A stretch of 64,000 nt of DNA from positions 10,912,001-10,976,000 of the forward strand of contig JBHGNT010000003.1 of assembly GCA_043228905.1 (NCBI GenBank). Direction: 5' to 3'. Position 1 is the first letter of the stretch. The number at the start of each line of letters is the position of its first letter. The translations under genes were made by a program, and so were the position numbers. Below are positions 13,621-27,289 of this stretch, in pieces. Below the pieces are notes generated by a model that did not search any database, was not told where the DNA came from, and was given only the letters and a program-made list of their open reading frames with translations. The DNA is from Azolla caroliniana (lineage: Eukaryota > Plantae > Polypodiophyta).

Positions 13621-15267
13621 ACGAGCTGATCGCCGACGGACTATAACCCTTTATCTTTACAACCCTTTCTTCCCGGTGCTGATCGTTGACGGACTACGCG
13701 CCACCATCGACTCGGTAAGAGGGAAGGATGGCAGGAAAATATGGACGGCGATGGCGCAATGGCCCACACTGTTAGCACCACTAGTGGAGCCCATCACGGC
13801 GAAGAAGCGGGGGAGATCAACCGAAGGAACCCCCAAAACAGCTTCAAAACGGCAGCAGCTATTGGTTGCTAAGGCAACCAAAGGGAAGGAGGCTGACATT
13901 GGAAAAACAACGAAAGAGCGGCCTAACCAAGCGGAGACGCAGGAGGAAACACCGGCACGACCAATAAAGATTACATTGCGCCGACCAGGTCAACAAGTGC
14001 CAGATCCCTTGGCAATGAAAATCAATCTTGGGACTCAGGAGGAGGAAACGACGGAGGAGCCCAACGAGCACCTCCAGCGGTGCTAGAAGAAGCGCACTGC
14101 AGACCATGCCGGGGAGCAATCGGGTCCAAAGAAGGATAGGACGCCGATACCCCACACTGAGGGCCCAGAGCCAAGGGTGGAATCGGACCCGGTTCGAACA
14201 AAACCGGTCACAGAATTCCCTATGTAACAGGCTACGCCAACGGGTCAGGACATAACAAGGCCCGTGATTCAGGAGCCGGTGATTTAGTTGTCTACACCAT
14301 CGGCACACCAGGACCAACTAGAGCCAGAACGGCCAATTGAGGCACAACCAGAGCCAGATTTGCCAAGTGGTAACCAACGAGAGCCAGAGTTGCCAATTGA
14401 CGTAACCAGACAAGATCAGCCACTAGCAAGCGCAGAAATCGGCCAACCCTCCGCGTGGACACAGCAACAAGGCACCGACAGCCAATGGCTGCGATGGATC
14501 GGTGAGCAAATAGTCGGAGTGATCCATTATATGGAGGCAGAAGAGAAAGCGCAATTGGACCGGTTGCTAGCCACAACCGGAGAACTAGAGAAGGCCCGGT
14601 CAAGGATCCGGAGCTTGGAACAAGAATTGGCTAAGATGGTCATAACAGGACCCCAAGAACAAGAACCAGTGGCTCCGGTACATGTACAAAATAATGAAAC
14701 ATCGACAACTGTACATAATCATACGACCCCGATGATCAAAGAAGACCTGGCCGCACAGGAAGCATTACAGGCCAAGGAAAGAGAATTAAAATTGGCGGCG
14801 GAGGAGGAACAACGGTAGACTGCCGACAACCTTCACTGAGCAGAAGAAAGCCTACGGAAGGGACACCAAGCCTATGACCGGCTTAAGGAAGAGAAAGAAA
14901 AATTGATGCAAGAGAAGGATAAACTCCGAAGGATGACAGAAACAGAGATAGAGAGGCTCAAAGAAGAGTTTCGGCAGCAAAAGGATAGGGAAGACCGAGC
15001 TCGCCGCCAAATCAATCAGAAGTTGAAGCAGAAAACAAACGATTTTGACCGCCTGCACCGGGATTATAAACATGTCGAGACGGAATACAAGAAGCTCATC
15101 ACCGACAATGACCGGCAGCAGGAGAAGATGTTCGAGCTCCGGAACGAAGTGCAACGGGCGGAGACGGCACTAGCGGAAGAACGGCCTAAGAAGGCAAACA
15201 TACGAACTGAAGCGGCGCAAGAACGCCTGGAACTCCATATGCAACATCATGTGGAAACAGAACGCGT

Positions 15268-16950
15268 TGTCGCAAAGTTTCGCGCACGTGTGTTACTTGG
15301 GTGGGACCACGGGGGTCTCGGACTAGGGAGTACTCAAGGGATAGAGAAGACCCGAGGTTTGCTTTACGACAATACTACTTCCCGACCCCTTCCCGAGCAA
15401 GGTCTCGTTGCCCTTTGTTTTGTGAGGCCAGTGGCTCTCGTTGATCGCAACTCGTCGACCTTCCGAGATCACCGTACGAGCCAAGTGACCAAACGGGTAC
15501 AAGCAAGATGAGCATGCAACATGAACGCACAAGGGGACGATAACACAAACACGAATGTCCGTACGTCTTTATGCGGAGGAGAGGTGCATGGGCGCGCCCG
15601 AACGCTCCCTCGTCACAAGACGTCGAACGTACGAGGAAGACACAAAACACATGCACAAAATGCTCGTATGCCTTTATGAGGAGGAGAGGTGCATGGGCAA
15701 GCCCGAACGGTCCCCTCGTCACAAGACGGCCGAACGTACGAGGAAGACACAAACACACGCACAAAATGCTCATACGCCTTTATGAGGAGGAGAGGTGCAT
15801 GGGCAAGCCCGAACGGTCCCCCGTCACAAGACGGCCGAACGTAGAAGGAAGACACAAACACATGCACAAAATGCTCGTACGCCTTTATGAGGAGGAGAGG
15901 TGTATGGGCAAGCTCGAACGGTCCCCTCGTCACAAGACGCCCGAACGTACAAGGAAGACACAAACACACATACAAATGATCGTACGCCTTTATGAGGAGG
16001 AGAGGTGCATGGGCCAGCCCGAACGGTCCCCTCGTCACAAGACGACCGAACGTACAAGAAAGACATGAATAAAGAAAGAAGGAGAGAAAAAAAACACGAA
16101 TGATATTGACCAAAGAGATAAATACGTGTTTGATTCTAACACAAGAGAACCCTTTATAAAATAGGGTTTTGTTTACAATGGTAGCTTATAGTTAACCACA
16201 ATCTTAATAGAAACATAAATATTAAATGCCCTTAAAGACAAGGCAAAATCGAACACGGCGAAGATGAACACACGAGCACCACCAAAATGCCAATCCCAAC
16301 GAACCACGACCACCCGAACGGCGAGCACACGGGCTCGTAACGACGAACGAGGCGGAGCAACGTCGAACCAACGAAGCTTGGGCTCACGAGCACTTCGAGT
16401 GCTGACGCAAATAAGACGAGCACGTGGCGATGGGGGGATGAAGTGGTATGAGATGAAGAGAAGTGGTGAATAAGGAGATGAAGAGCTTCGAAGGAAAATT
16501 GGTGATAGTCTCCTCCTCCCAAAACGTCCTCCCAAATGAGCCCCCCTCGACCTCCTTTTATAGGAAAAAAATATGGGGGGGGGTCGCCAAATTTGTGTTC
16601 AATGAAAAAGGAATAAAATTCCTTAAATCACGTTGCAGTGTAAGACTAGATTCAAACCGTGCACCTCTAGCTAGTAGTCAATGTGACTATCCACTAGCCC
16701 ACTAACTCTCTCTTATACAATATGTAATTCTATCTCTATAAATTTATAGCCTGTCTCCCCTCTACCTTTTATCTCTCCTCTCTCTTACTTTTTGCACGAG
16801 CTTCTATACCCCCATTTCACCCTTTCTTTTCCTTTTTATTTTGCATATGCACAATTAATCGCTTTTGTGTGCACACACATTGCACATGCACATTTTAAAC
16901 CCCCCCCTTTCACCGGTTTTTCCCACCCTTGAGCACGCCACATCACGACA
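15268..16950 (-). mobile_element. Solo LTR family B (1.68 kb) with internal tandem array
   Basis: TGTCG...CGACA termini; 4-bp TSD GCGT/GCGC supported by reading-frame restoration; TATA-like CCTATAAAA on the minus strand near 16560; second copy at 61401. Confidence 0.85.
15556..16066. repeat. Five ~105-bp tandem units inside LTR B
   Basis: GAGGTG(C/T)ATGGG recurs at 15581, 15686, 15792, 15897 and 16002. Confidence 0.95.
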
Positions 16951-17848
16951 GCGCCACCATGGTCTTACAAAGAGTGGAGACAACCTATCAGAATCAATTG
17001 GTGCGCTACAAGGACCAGGGGGTGGTAATTGCAAACATGATCAAACAGTTGAAAGATGAATGATAGGCCGGAGAAGACAAATCAAGGATGGGGCTGGAGT
17101 GGATCCGGTGCATTGTACAAGCATGGAAGAATCGAACGAAGCGCTTGATTGAAGACAACTCAATATTATGGTGGTCGAAATGGGCGAAGCATGCTACCGA
17201 GCTACAGTTGCTGAGGGCGGACGCAGAAAACTGGCAAAGGGAAGGAGATGAGTTCTATAAGCTGGAAAAGGAAGACTTTGTTGCCGTGAAAGATGAATTG
17301 GCAGATGACTTCTTAGTGTTGGCTGATGAACATATAACAGTGGTCCGGCAACTAGTGGCACAACTGGACGATGATCGGCTGGATAACCAAATCCGGTTTG
17401 AAAGTTACGAAAAGGAGAGGCTATGGCAAGAGGCGACGCAGAGTGCGGCGACAATCAATCTCAGTGATGAAGAGCCATCGTCGGAGCAAAGGATGGACAG
17501 AGGCAAGGTTGGGACAAGCCAACCGAATTTAACTCAGGAGAAGTAGCCAAGGGAGGAATATCCGCAACAACCGCTAGCACCGAGAGCCGGACAACAACTA
17601 TCGGAGGAGCAACGCCCAGAAGAGCCGGAGACCGTGCAACAGCAGGAGCAACAACAACAGCCAACGGAGCAGCAGCCGAAGCAACAACAGGAGGAGCAGC
17701 AACAACAGGAGCAACAACAAAAGTCCGATCAGCTTTCCGAAGAACCCTTAGAGCCCCTCGATCAGAGCATTTTGGATATTTTGGACGAGGATTGAAGGTC
17801 GGATAGTGGGATTCGACGTACAAGGTATTGTCCCATGGGCGTGCCATG

Positions 17849-18308
17849 TGTTAACCAGTCGGAAAGGAGTGGAGGACAGTCTAGAATGTGAAAGGGCAGG
17901 AATTATCGGAAGTTGTTATTAGAATAATTAGTAATTAAGTATATTTTGAGAATTGAATGGATGGACCGGAATCGGTATGCCGATCCGGATCCGGACTAGC
18001 TCATATCAATGTGCCGGTTGGCACCGTTTTGTATGCAGAGCCGGTGATCTATAAAAAGGCCTGGTTACATTGTAAATCGGGACGGATAATTAATAAAGGC
18101 CTATTGTCTTATCTCTGTGTATTGATTACCGTTCTGTGCTAATTACTTTCTATCTTACGCGTGTATTAAGATTCATGATATGTTGCTTAAGTCGCCGATA
18201 AAGGTCTGATCAATCGTTAGTCTAAGTTACCTCACCGTAACACCCTTTGGTGAAGTGTCTTCCGTAGACACCCTGTGTTAGGCTATTGTCCGGCCCTTAG
18301 GAGTAACA
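17849..18308. mobile_element. LTR adjoining the accessory ORF (left boundary and orientation uncertain)
   Basis: Ends ...GGAGTAACA where the hAT CT-repeats resume; TATAAAAA (~18050) and AATAAA on the plus strand; purine tract at ~17860-17879. Confidence 0.6.
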
Positions 18309-20024
18309 GTCTGTGTAGTCTCCCTCCCCCCCTCTCTCTCTAAGTTTCTAAACGTCTTAACCGGTTTGAGCCGGTTTGGCAAAGCTCAAGCCAAGCCAAA
18401 CCGAGCTCAAACCGTTTAGTCAAGCTCAAACCTAACTTGACCCGAGTCACTAAGCTGTTTTAAACTGGTTTAGGCTTGAGCCGAGCCGTTGCCGATCCCT
18501 AGTGGTAAGTTGTACCGTAGTATTCTACACATGAGGATAACATGTGAGGGTTAACCGAGAGTGTAAAGAAGGCACGATTAGTTTTAATCCTAGGGATTGA
18601 GACAACCCATTAAGGCTAAGTGTGAACTGGCATGGGGGCCTTAGGTTTGGCTATAAATATGAGGCCTAACTATCCTCATTGGACACATCTTTTGACTACG
18701 TCGAGACTCTGACCTTGTAGTGATCAAACTCTTGTAGCGAGCGGGCCAATACCACATATGTCTCAATGCCACGACGGTGGTATGGGACGTTGATCAAGGC
18801 TTGAGTCCATCTTGATCCCTTCACTCGGGGGTGGTCGGGTGGATCGACACCCTTCTTTCTCTATTTTCTATTTCTATTTATATTATATTTCCTTATCTTG
18901 ACATGTTTACATTAGGAATTAACTCTAACATTTGGTATTAGAGCATTTTTCTAATGTTTCTTTTGTTGTGATTTGTTTGGATGGTGATCTATTGATGTGC
19001 GGTCGAACTTGATCTAGAAACGCAACAACAAAAGTTGTATCTCGATTACATCATTTGTTGGTTATGTTTTGGTTTAACCATTCTTTTTACACACATAAGT
19101 AATCACATGTATACATATTTAATCGTATACATGTCATGATCATATATGTGTGTATATTAGAAATTTGTTACGTTATGTTAATTGATCGATGGCTATCTTT
19201 TAAGGTACGGATCTTGGTGGCTATCCTCACATTTTTGTGAGAATGATGTAGTCACCATCCTTTTATAACAATTTCTTTTTTGTTATACCTATTGGTCACC
19301 TCGATTTCGTGATGTATAATGTAACAAAACAAGCATAGCCACAATGATGTTGTGAGCATAAGGGCTTGATCCACTTCAGGTGAGGTCGCCCCTATGACAC
19401 ACGCATCCAACATTCCTTACTCATTACATTGTTGCCTAGTGAAGCTATGACGGAGTAGAAGTTAGAGGATGTAGAACCAGAGTCTGAAAGAAGTGTGAAC
19501 TGGATAAAGTAGGAACCAGAGGACATTATAGGAAAAGAAGTAATTAGTAACAAACAAAATGTTGTAATACAAAATAGATTAAAGAAATATTATGAGGTGC
19601 CAGATACGGAAAGATGTACCGATCCGGTGTCGTAGATATTCGCATAGATGTGTCGGAACGGGGTGGGACCACCGGGGTCCCGGACCAAGGAACCGGTAAG
19701 GGAAGGGAGATTATCCGGGTCAGTGTCTTGATATCGTCGCCGGAGCATGGTCCGGACACGTATCCGATCCGAACCAGTCTTTGGATGCCGAATGGTGAGA
19801 GCACGGGTCAGAGACGTGTACTATTCCAGACCCGTTGTGGGGTAGCAAGCGATGAGCTCACATGTTCACACATTTGGATACACACACACAAACGAGAAGG
19901 AACAGAGATAAGAACACGGGCAAAGACAAGAAAGCCAGAAAATCCGGGAACAACGAGGTGGTGTATTAATCTATAAAGAAGAGAACTACAACCGGACTCG
20001 GCCGACAACCGAGCTTTGAGCTCC

Positions 20025-20071
<47 letters not shown>

Positions 20072-20974
20072 TACATGTAGACACTAGTGAGCCTCTGATC
20101 GGGAGCACACGGGCTACCAGTGTGAAACGGAGGCCTCACAACACGACATAAAACAAAGGATAGGAAAACAAGAATCTGCAGAGTTCGACCCGACAACACT
20201 TAGTTCTCCAAAATCATGGATACCCCCCTCCTTTAGTCTTCTCTCCTTCCTTTTATAGTTGAAGGAGGGAGAAACCATTACATCAGGCTGTTAAAAGAGC
20301 CGTTTTTCGGTCCCGATTCTCTCCTTGATTTCCTCTCATCAATCCCTATTATTCCTCCCTATTTGTGTTGGACATAAAGTACCCATTAACTACTCTACCT
20401 AGTACTTTAAATACTCTACTCATATTTACATTTCTTTGTACATAAAGACAATTTTGTGTGCATCTGTGCACACCCCCATTTACATGCATCCGGCCCTTTT
20501 TCTTCCCATGGCTGGAATCTTTCACGACGTTCACCCCCACCAAACCGCACATTCTCCGGCATGTGCCAAGTAGTGAAGCGGTGGGGATTCCGACTCAGTC
20601 TTCACTCGTCCTCTCCCGAACCATCTGACTCCTCGCCCTCGTCGGCGCTTTCAACCTCTACTTCCAGATCCAATTCTGCGTCATGTCGTGTCTTGAAGGC
20701 CTTTATCTGCTTCCTCGCAACTGGCATTGCTAACCTCGTCCCGTCAAGCTTGGCTAGATTGTATGTCACGTTGTTGTTGGCGTTCGTCACCACGTAAGGC
20801 CTAAACCACGGCCTCACAAATTGTCGGGTCGACCGGTGCTGATTGTCGAGGCTGCTGCCATAGACTAGCACCCAATCGCCTTCCTCAATCTTCTTCGGCC
20901 GGAGTCAGTGTGTCCGGTTGAATTGTCCTTTGCTCCTCAGTGGCACCGCTTGTAGCTTTTCCTTAGCTCATTCT

Positions 20975-22031
20975 CATGGTGGTTTACGTACCCGTATTTA
21001 ACTTTTAAATACGTATAGTACCTCATGATTTGTATAGTACGTACTATATCTCAATGTTGTTCAGTCAAATATCATGTACATTTGTCCACTACGGTATTTA
21101 ACATACATTTGAAAAAATAGGTATAATACGTATTTATAAAAGAAATGTAAGTAAAACCCCAACAAAAAGCAAAAGAAAAAAAAGATTTTAGTGAAAAAGA
21201 AGCCAAAAGAAGGAAGATAGAAAAACATATGGGACGACAACAAAGAAGAAGAAGAGAGAAAAGAAGAGAGAAACTTGTCCTGACTCTGAGTGTGATAATC
21301 GGAGAAGATAGAAGAAGAAGAGAGAAACCTATCCTGAATGTGATAATTGTAGATGATTCCTCAATCTATGAAGGCATAATCTTACATAATTACAATTTGA
21401 AGTAAAACATCATGATACACACACTAATTTATAGAATAAGTGAATGTCAACATCCATATTATTACAAGCATAGTACGTAAATTTTGTGTTCTCCTAGCAT
21501 AACCTTTGTTTTCCTACGTTGGAAAACGAATGCAAATGTTATTCAAACATTCTTGTGTTTTTTTTGTTTTTTTCCTGTTTTTAAAATATTAAATAGTAAA
21601 TAGTAAATAGTAAATCCAAAAGTATGGTATTTATCATTCTTTGAGGGTGTTTACCATATCAAATGATTGAAACATTCTCGATTGCAAATGCACGTATGGT
21701 ATGTATGGTTCATACTATGATTACAAGTATTTTAGGATGTGAAATGTTTGAATGTCTTATCTGCATTTTAGGATGTAGAACTATATTGTGCATCACAAAA
21801 TTGTGTAAACATAGTTGTTTTTTACAATATTACAGATATTTTTTAAAAAGGAAAATAATTTTCAAATTCTAAAAGTATTTAACGTACTATACGTATAGTA
21901 CATATTTTATAAGTATTTAACATATTAAAAAACGTATTTAACGTATTTTTAAATTGGGAGGTACTATATGAGTATTAATACGTTATATATGTATGGTATC
22001 CGTACCGTATCTAATGTACCTAACAACCTTG
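20975..22031. mobile_element. Non-autonomous hAT-like element in the Gypsy integrase
   Basis: 8-bp TSD CTCATTCT/CTCGTTCT; imperfect TIR CATGGTGGTTTACGTAC / CAAGGTTGTTAGGTAC; subterminal ACGTA repeats. Confidence 0.8.
21469..21719. mobile_element. 251-bp hAT MITE nested in the preceding hAT
   Basis: Perfect 8-bp TSD ATTACAAG; TIR CATAGTACG/CATAGTATG; ends homologous to 43146-44111. Confidence 0.85.
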
Positions 22032-25000
22032 CTCGTTCTACATCCTCCCGTCACCTCTCGAGTTGCCGAATCCTCGCAGCCAACAGTTCCTCCCGATTCA
22101 TCTCATCCAACCAGTTGACCGACATCCATGAAGACATCATCCGCTCCATCGATATTATCGGCTTCTGGCCGAACATGAGTTTGGTTGGCATGTATCCCGT
22201 CATCGAATTGTGCGTAATTCGGTTGGCCATAATGCATAGGGGAGGAGTCTCGACTAGTTGTCGACCCGTCCGTCGCACACTCGTACAATGGCCTTCACGA
22301 TCCACCCGTGCCCGTGTTCGACCTTTCTATTCACCTCTGAATTATATGTTGTTGTGAGGGAAAGCTTGACACCTAGTCGGTCGAATAGATCCTCGGCTTC
22401 TTGTGCATCCAATTCCCCTCGGTCGGTTACTATCGTCCCGACGGATGACGTCCTCGAGTAAGAACCAGCATACAGCTGCAGTTGTCTTGTTTATGAAGGT
22501 CGGTCGTCCACCTGGTTCGTCAAATCGTCTCTTGCCAGCACTAGGTACCTCATCTACCCTACCCCCATCGATATCATTACCAGGTCGACCATCCACTTAA
22601 AGTGAATGGCTGGCGGGTAGGTCGGGTGCAACTCGTCTTGGTGCCAGATTGCCGAATGCAGCTAGCAACTCTAACACCTCAACACGAAGTGGTGCACATC
22701 TCTGTACATCCCCGACTGCCAATACTTCTCCTTCAACCTTTCGAATGTGGCCCACGTTCCTCGATGTCTGGACCAAGTACTCTCGTGGAACTCTGACACT
22801 ACTACCCCTGGTCGTCCTTCTTTGTCACCACCTGGAGTGGTGAGCCGGCCCGCTTCTTCGTATGCCACCAGATCTTCCCATCTCGTAGGAAGTACTTATA
22901 CACCTTCTTCCGGATCCATATTGCTTCTTCTTTTGTCCATGATACATCCGACACCATTGGGCTTAGGAACTTTCCGATTAGAAGCCCCTCCCCGTTGTAT
23001 TCGTTCTTGTCGAACTCGTTCAGGGCGGGAGTGCTTCGTTCATTTGCTGACATTCGAGTCGACAAGAAGAAGTCCACACTGACTTCTTCGTCTTCCGATA
23101 CCATGCAATCCTCTCCTTCGAACTGTGCTCTTAATAGCATATCAACCATCGTGTTTTCTTTCCAGAGACGTGACGTATCTCCGGATTGAGGGATTTTATG
23201 TATGCGATTCACCTGAGCATCACTAGGTCCGAAGTCACACATCCGGAAACCATATCGAGAATCGGTAGGAAGTCCATCTCGATTATTACCTTCCCCCCGA
23301 TTAGGTAATCTTTGTCGGCTTTAATGGCCGAAAAGATACCCCAACACCAGGTCATTTGAAACAGGTAATATGTCGCATTTTAAGAACACTACGTCGAAAA
23401 AGGGCACAAAACCACGAAGTTTACAAAAAGACGTGACACATGCATAAAGCTTTTCAAAAAATGTGGCAAAATATATTGAATTTCAACATGACTACCACTT
23501 TGAGACATAAGTAAAATGCCTAACAATATACATTGCCAAAATTACAAAAGAATGTACAACATGACTACCAGCTATAATTATACATATTCGTGATTTAACA
23601 TCTGAAAGTAATTTACAAAGTTTCAGATCATGTAGTAAAACGATCCCGAGCTTGAACCAAGTCAACATTTTAAGACATGTCTGATGGACTAGAAGAGCAT
23701 TCTGACGTCTCATCCTCATCATTAGTGGCAATCAATGCATTATCTTCATCCAATTCCAAGCCAACATCTTTGTGGTTATGAGAATTGCTTCTGGTTAGTC
23801 TCTGTATATTGTTTGATACCATATTTGGGATTTTCTCCTTTATTATCTTGATGGTGGCTTGTCTTAGATGGCCTGATTTTGTCAATGAGAAGTCGTATAC
23901 TAGTATGTCAACACGGTCTAGTGCGAGAGTAGTTGTGCTTGGTATATTCTTTCTTCTTCTCTTTCTGCTTGAACATCCGACATCCTTAACCATCTCTAAA
24001 GAATACTTTCCCGTAAATGCATCAGGTGAAGTTGTCTGATACCAGTGGACCACAATTGACTTTGTCTGATTGCCTTCTTCATCCTTCATTAATTCAATAA
24101 TTTTCGCAATCCAAAATGGATGGCCCAAGTTATCATCCCCAGCTAATGTTGTGACCAACATTCCAACTTGTAGTTCTTGCAAATTACCTTGCCATCTTGC
24201 CTCAATAATACATGACTTTCTTGGTTCCAAGTAAATATCTCTTTGTTGTGGTCAAACTAAATTATGAAGCTCTATATTATTCGATGGTTGATGATGAGTC
24301 AGCGATATCATTGATGCCACCCCAATATTCCATGTGAATGGGTTATGGATTGGCCAAAATCCGGCGATGTAATGATCTAAAATGGTGCGTTGATGGATGA
24401 AGACGATCTCCCACCATTCAACATCCTCATCACCGGCGTACTTCTTGGTGCGATCAATATTCTTTTGTTTCTCTTCAAGACATCACAACCAATATGCCCT
24501 TTGTTCATCAATAGAACTATTGGGTGCCACATTTTTATGATCATCATATGACATTTGTTGTGCACCATGCAGTGGTGCATCTGGGATATGAAGTAGGAGC
24601 CTACAACCTTCTTGGGGCTCCCATTGTGTACTAGATGAGTATTGTTTTGCAAACAACACCGTCATCTTGAGGTGGGTCGAGGTTTGTTTTATGAGGAAGA
24701 TATGGTTGAAACTTATATTATTAAGATGTGCAAGCACCCTACATTTAGTCCCATCACCATCCATGCAGAAACGTTTAAAGTCGTACACTTCATTCAAGTG
24801 ATGTACTTCAGGCTTTGGTGTATATGCTTCACTTATCAATTTTGATAGCGTGGTAAGCGTGAAAGCATTACAACGAGCTAGTTTCTTTGAGAACCTACTA
24901 AACATTTGATCTATGTGATCATGGGTATGACCAACTAATAAGAAGTTGACCTTTATCTTTTTAAATATGCCCCTCTCTACTAGCATGCTTAGATAACCGA

Positions 25001-27289
25001 AGACAATTGAGTTTTTATTCTCTCTTGTTGTGTTGTCTAGTTGCACGTATAGAACTGGCGGTACTATGCCTGACCATGATTGCAATACTCTGTGCATGAT
25101 GGTGACAGTGAGATTAGGGTCATTGCGGATATTAGGATAGGTTAAGAATACTTGTGGCCTTATTGTTTGACAATATGTCAAACACCCTACTAGATGCATT
25201 TGCACGAGGCACTTATCTGCAATATCTTTTGGGAGTCATTGGAAATGCGGCAATCAAGTCTTCTTTTGATCCATGCCATCAATAATCATGCACATATACT
25301 TTTCGGGAGATTGAAGCGTTTTTTGTCGGTGATGCATAGCCTTAGACCGTTCTAATGCTTGACTTTCACGATGTTCTTTTAATAGGTTCTTGTAATTCCT
25401 TATCTCTACATCTGATTTTCCACCCTTGGCCATACTTTTTAAACTTGCACATATTGAGCAGACTCCCATTCGTACCTTTCGTGGGATAACCACATTGTTA
25501 AATTGTAACCTCCACAATCGATTAAAATGTCTATACTGTATGTAAGGTGCATCATCTACTGACATGTTGTCCTTGTATGATTGGTAAACTTCCCTTTGAG
25601 TAAAGTTATCTGACAAATGAAGTCTTCTTGTCGTAGGCATAATGTCGCACTATTTTGAAAAATATACTTCCATTCACCTAATTGCATGTTGCCCAATTTG
25701 ACCTTTACATCCAGAACCATTTCGATCGAACGGTACCCACGATCCCTTCAGAAGATGCTCTTGAACGCGTTGCAGCTGCATATTTCCAATGCTATGAGCG
25801 ATTTAAAAAGTGGCTCAACAACATTTAGTATATAGTCCAAGGAAATATTCAACCTGCATAGAATTAGACCCTGCGTTGTGATCCATTTTAAGCTACATAT
25901 GCGAAAGAAGAAATGTGTCCTGCTCTTCCCCATTAAGCGACAAATATTTTTGTCGTGTTTCACGTAACCTCAACTTTCCATAAGTTGAAAGGCAGAGATT
26001 CGCACAACATGTTTTGTTCAAGTTGCAAAGAAGTTGACGATCAGAACATAAAAAATTAAATCTCTTTTCACTAACTTGTCGAGGAATTTTTGGATAAAGG
26101 TAGACTGTTTTTAGTGGAGGAGGAGACTCCAATTATGTCTTCTGCAAATCAGTTACCAGTGCAAGTAATTGCTCGATTAGATAAAAAGATCTTTATAGAT
26201 CCTAATCCTTTAATTGCTAAATATTCATCTAATATTTGGGTTTTACAAGCTAGGCCAATTGTTGATCTACATTGGGATCCATCTAATTATGGTTGGAAGC
26301 TGTCTAGATCCGACACTTCGCAAACAAAGATCCTCCCATTCTTCACATATTCTGTGGCATTTGGAAGGAATTTTCTTTTGAATCAGATTGAATCGGTACC
26401 TGCGGGGAATTTTTTTTTGGAGGAAGGTAATTTGTCATCCTCAATTCTGGAAACAATTTTGGTCACTTAAGTGTATGAATAAGGTATTCCATTTTCGTTG
26501 GTTGATGATTCATTACGCCTTGGTAGTAGGAGGTTTATTGAGGGGAACAATGGCTGATCGATCATGTGTTATGTGTGGGTTTGCAGCTGAGACATTGCAT
26601 CATGTTTTTTGGTAATGTGTTGTGGCCAAAAGTTTTTGGTTTCGAATTCTTAGGTTATTAGGTCATAAGTATAGGTCAACCATTTTCATGTGGGCTGTAG
26701 TATTTTGGGGAACGTTGGATCAGCAAAAATCTTTTTATCATTATCATAATTCTTCATTGACTTTACAGGTAAAAAGTTTTCAGGTGTATTCTATTTCAAC
26801 CTCCGTACCGGGAATTAAGTTCTTCTCGCGGTGTTATGTTTGGTAGATTGTTTCCTCTTTGGCCCTATGGGTTTTGTGGAAAGCGAGATGTTCCAAACTA
26901 TACAACGATGAACAAATTCATGTTGTGGATCAAGTTAAGACCTTTTGGGAGTTATTGATACATATAGTAAAAGGTGAGTGTGATAGTTATAAGGGTTATG
27001 GAAATAAAGCTAACCAGAAAAGAAGAAGAATTCGTAGAATTTGGGCAACTATCCCTATTTTGTTGGATGTAGGTGACGATGTAAAGTGGAATTACGTTCC
27101 ACCTCGTTGGTTGTTTCCGCCACCAACGCCGTTCTTAGTGCATACAACATGGCAAGGATGAGTGACGATGTTGTTGACGGTCAAAGCAAAAATTCATGAG
27201 GGCAGTTCATTCATTTTGTTTGTTGTCGATACATGAATTGGTGAAAATGGCAAGAGGGTGGTTGTGGAAGCAGATTTAGGTATTATAAT

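Larger units (their letters stand above)
13622..17795 (+). pseudogene. Long coiled-coil/Q-rich retrotransposon accessory ORF (~830 codons), interrupted by a solo LTR
   Basis: ORFs 13676, 14288 and 14903 share one frame; removing 15268-16950 and one 4-bp TSD copy joins them in frame to 17088 and on to TGA at 17793; internal stops are consistent with C-to-T decay. Confidence 0.7.
12492..18501. mobile_element. Non-autonomous hAT-like element carrying nested insertions
   Basis: Perfect 8-bp TSD GTGGTAAG (12484-12491 and 18502-18509); imperfect TIR CAGTTATCGTTAGCGGTTCGG / TAGGGATCGGCAACGGCTCGG; subterminal AAACCG repeats; CT-rich tgtagtctccctc repeats on both sides of the nested block. Confidence 0.85.
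12456..18944 (+). mobile_element. LTR family A: 5' LTR (12456-18930, split by a 6-kb hAT insertion) plus tRNA-Met-type PBS
   Basis: TGTTACGGGCATGACC start, ...CTCTAACA end, then TGGTATTAGAGC (18933-18944); colinear with the intact solo copy at 62140-62594. Confidence 0.85.

Noticed and set aside
15556-16066. CRISPR-like array
   Set aside because: Whole units repeat with no unique spacers, there are no cas genes, and the context is a eukaryotic LTR.
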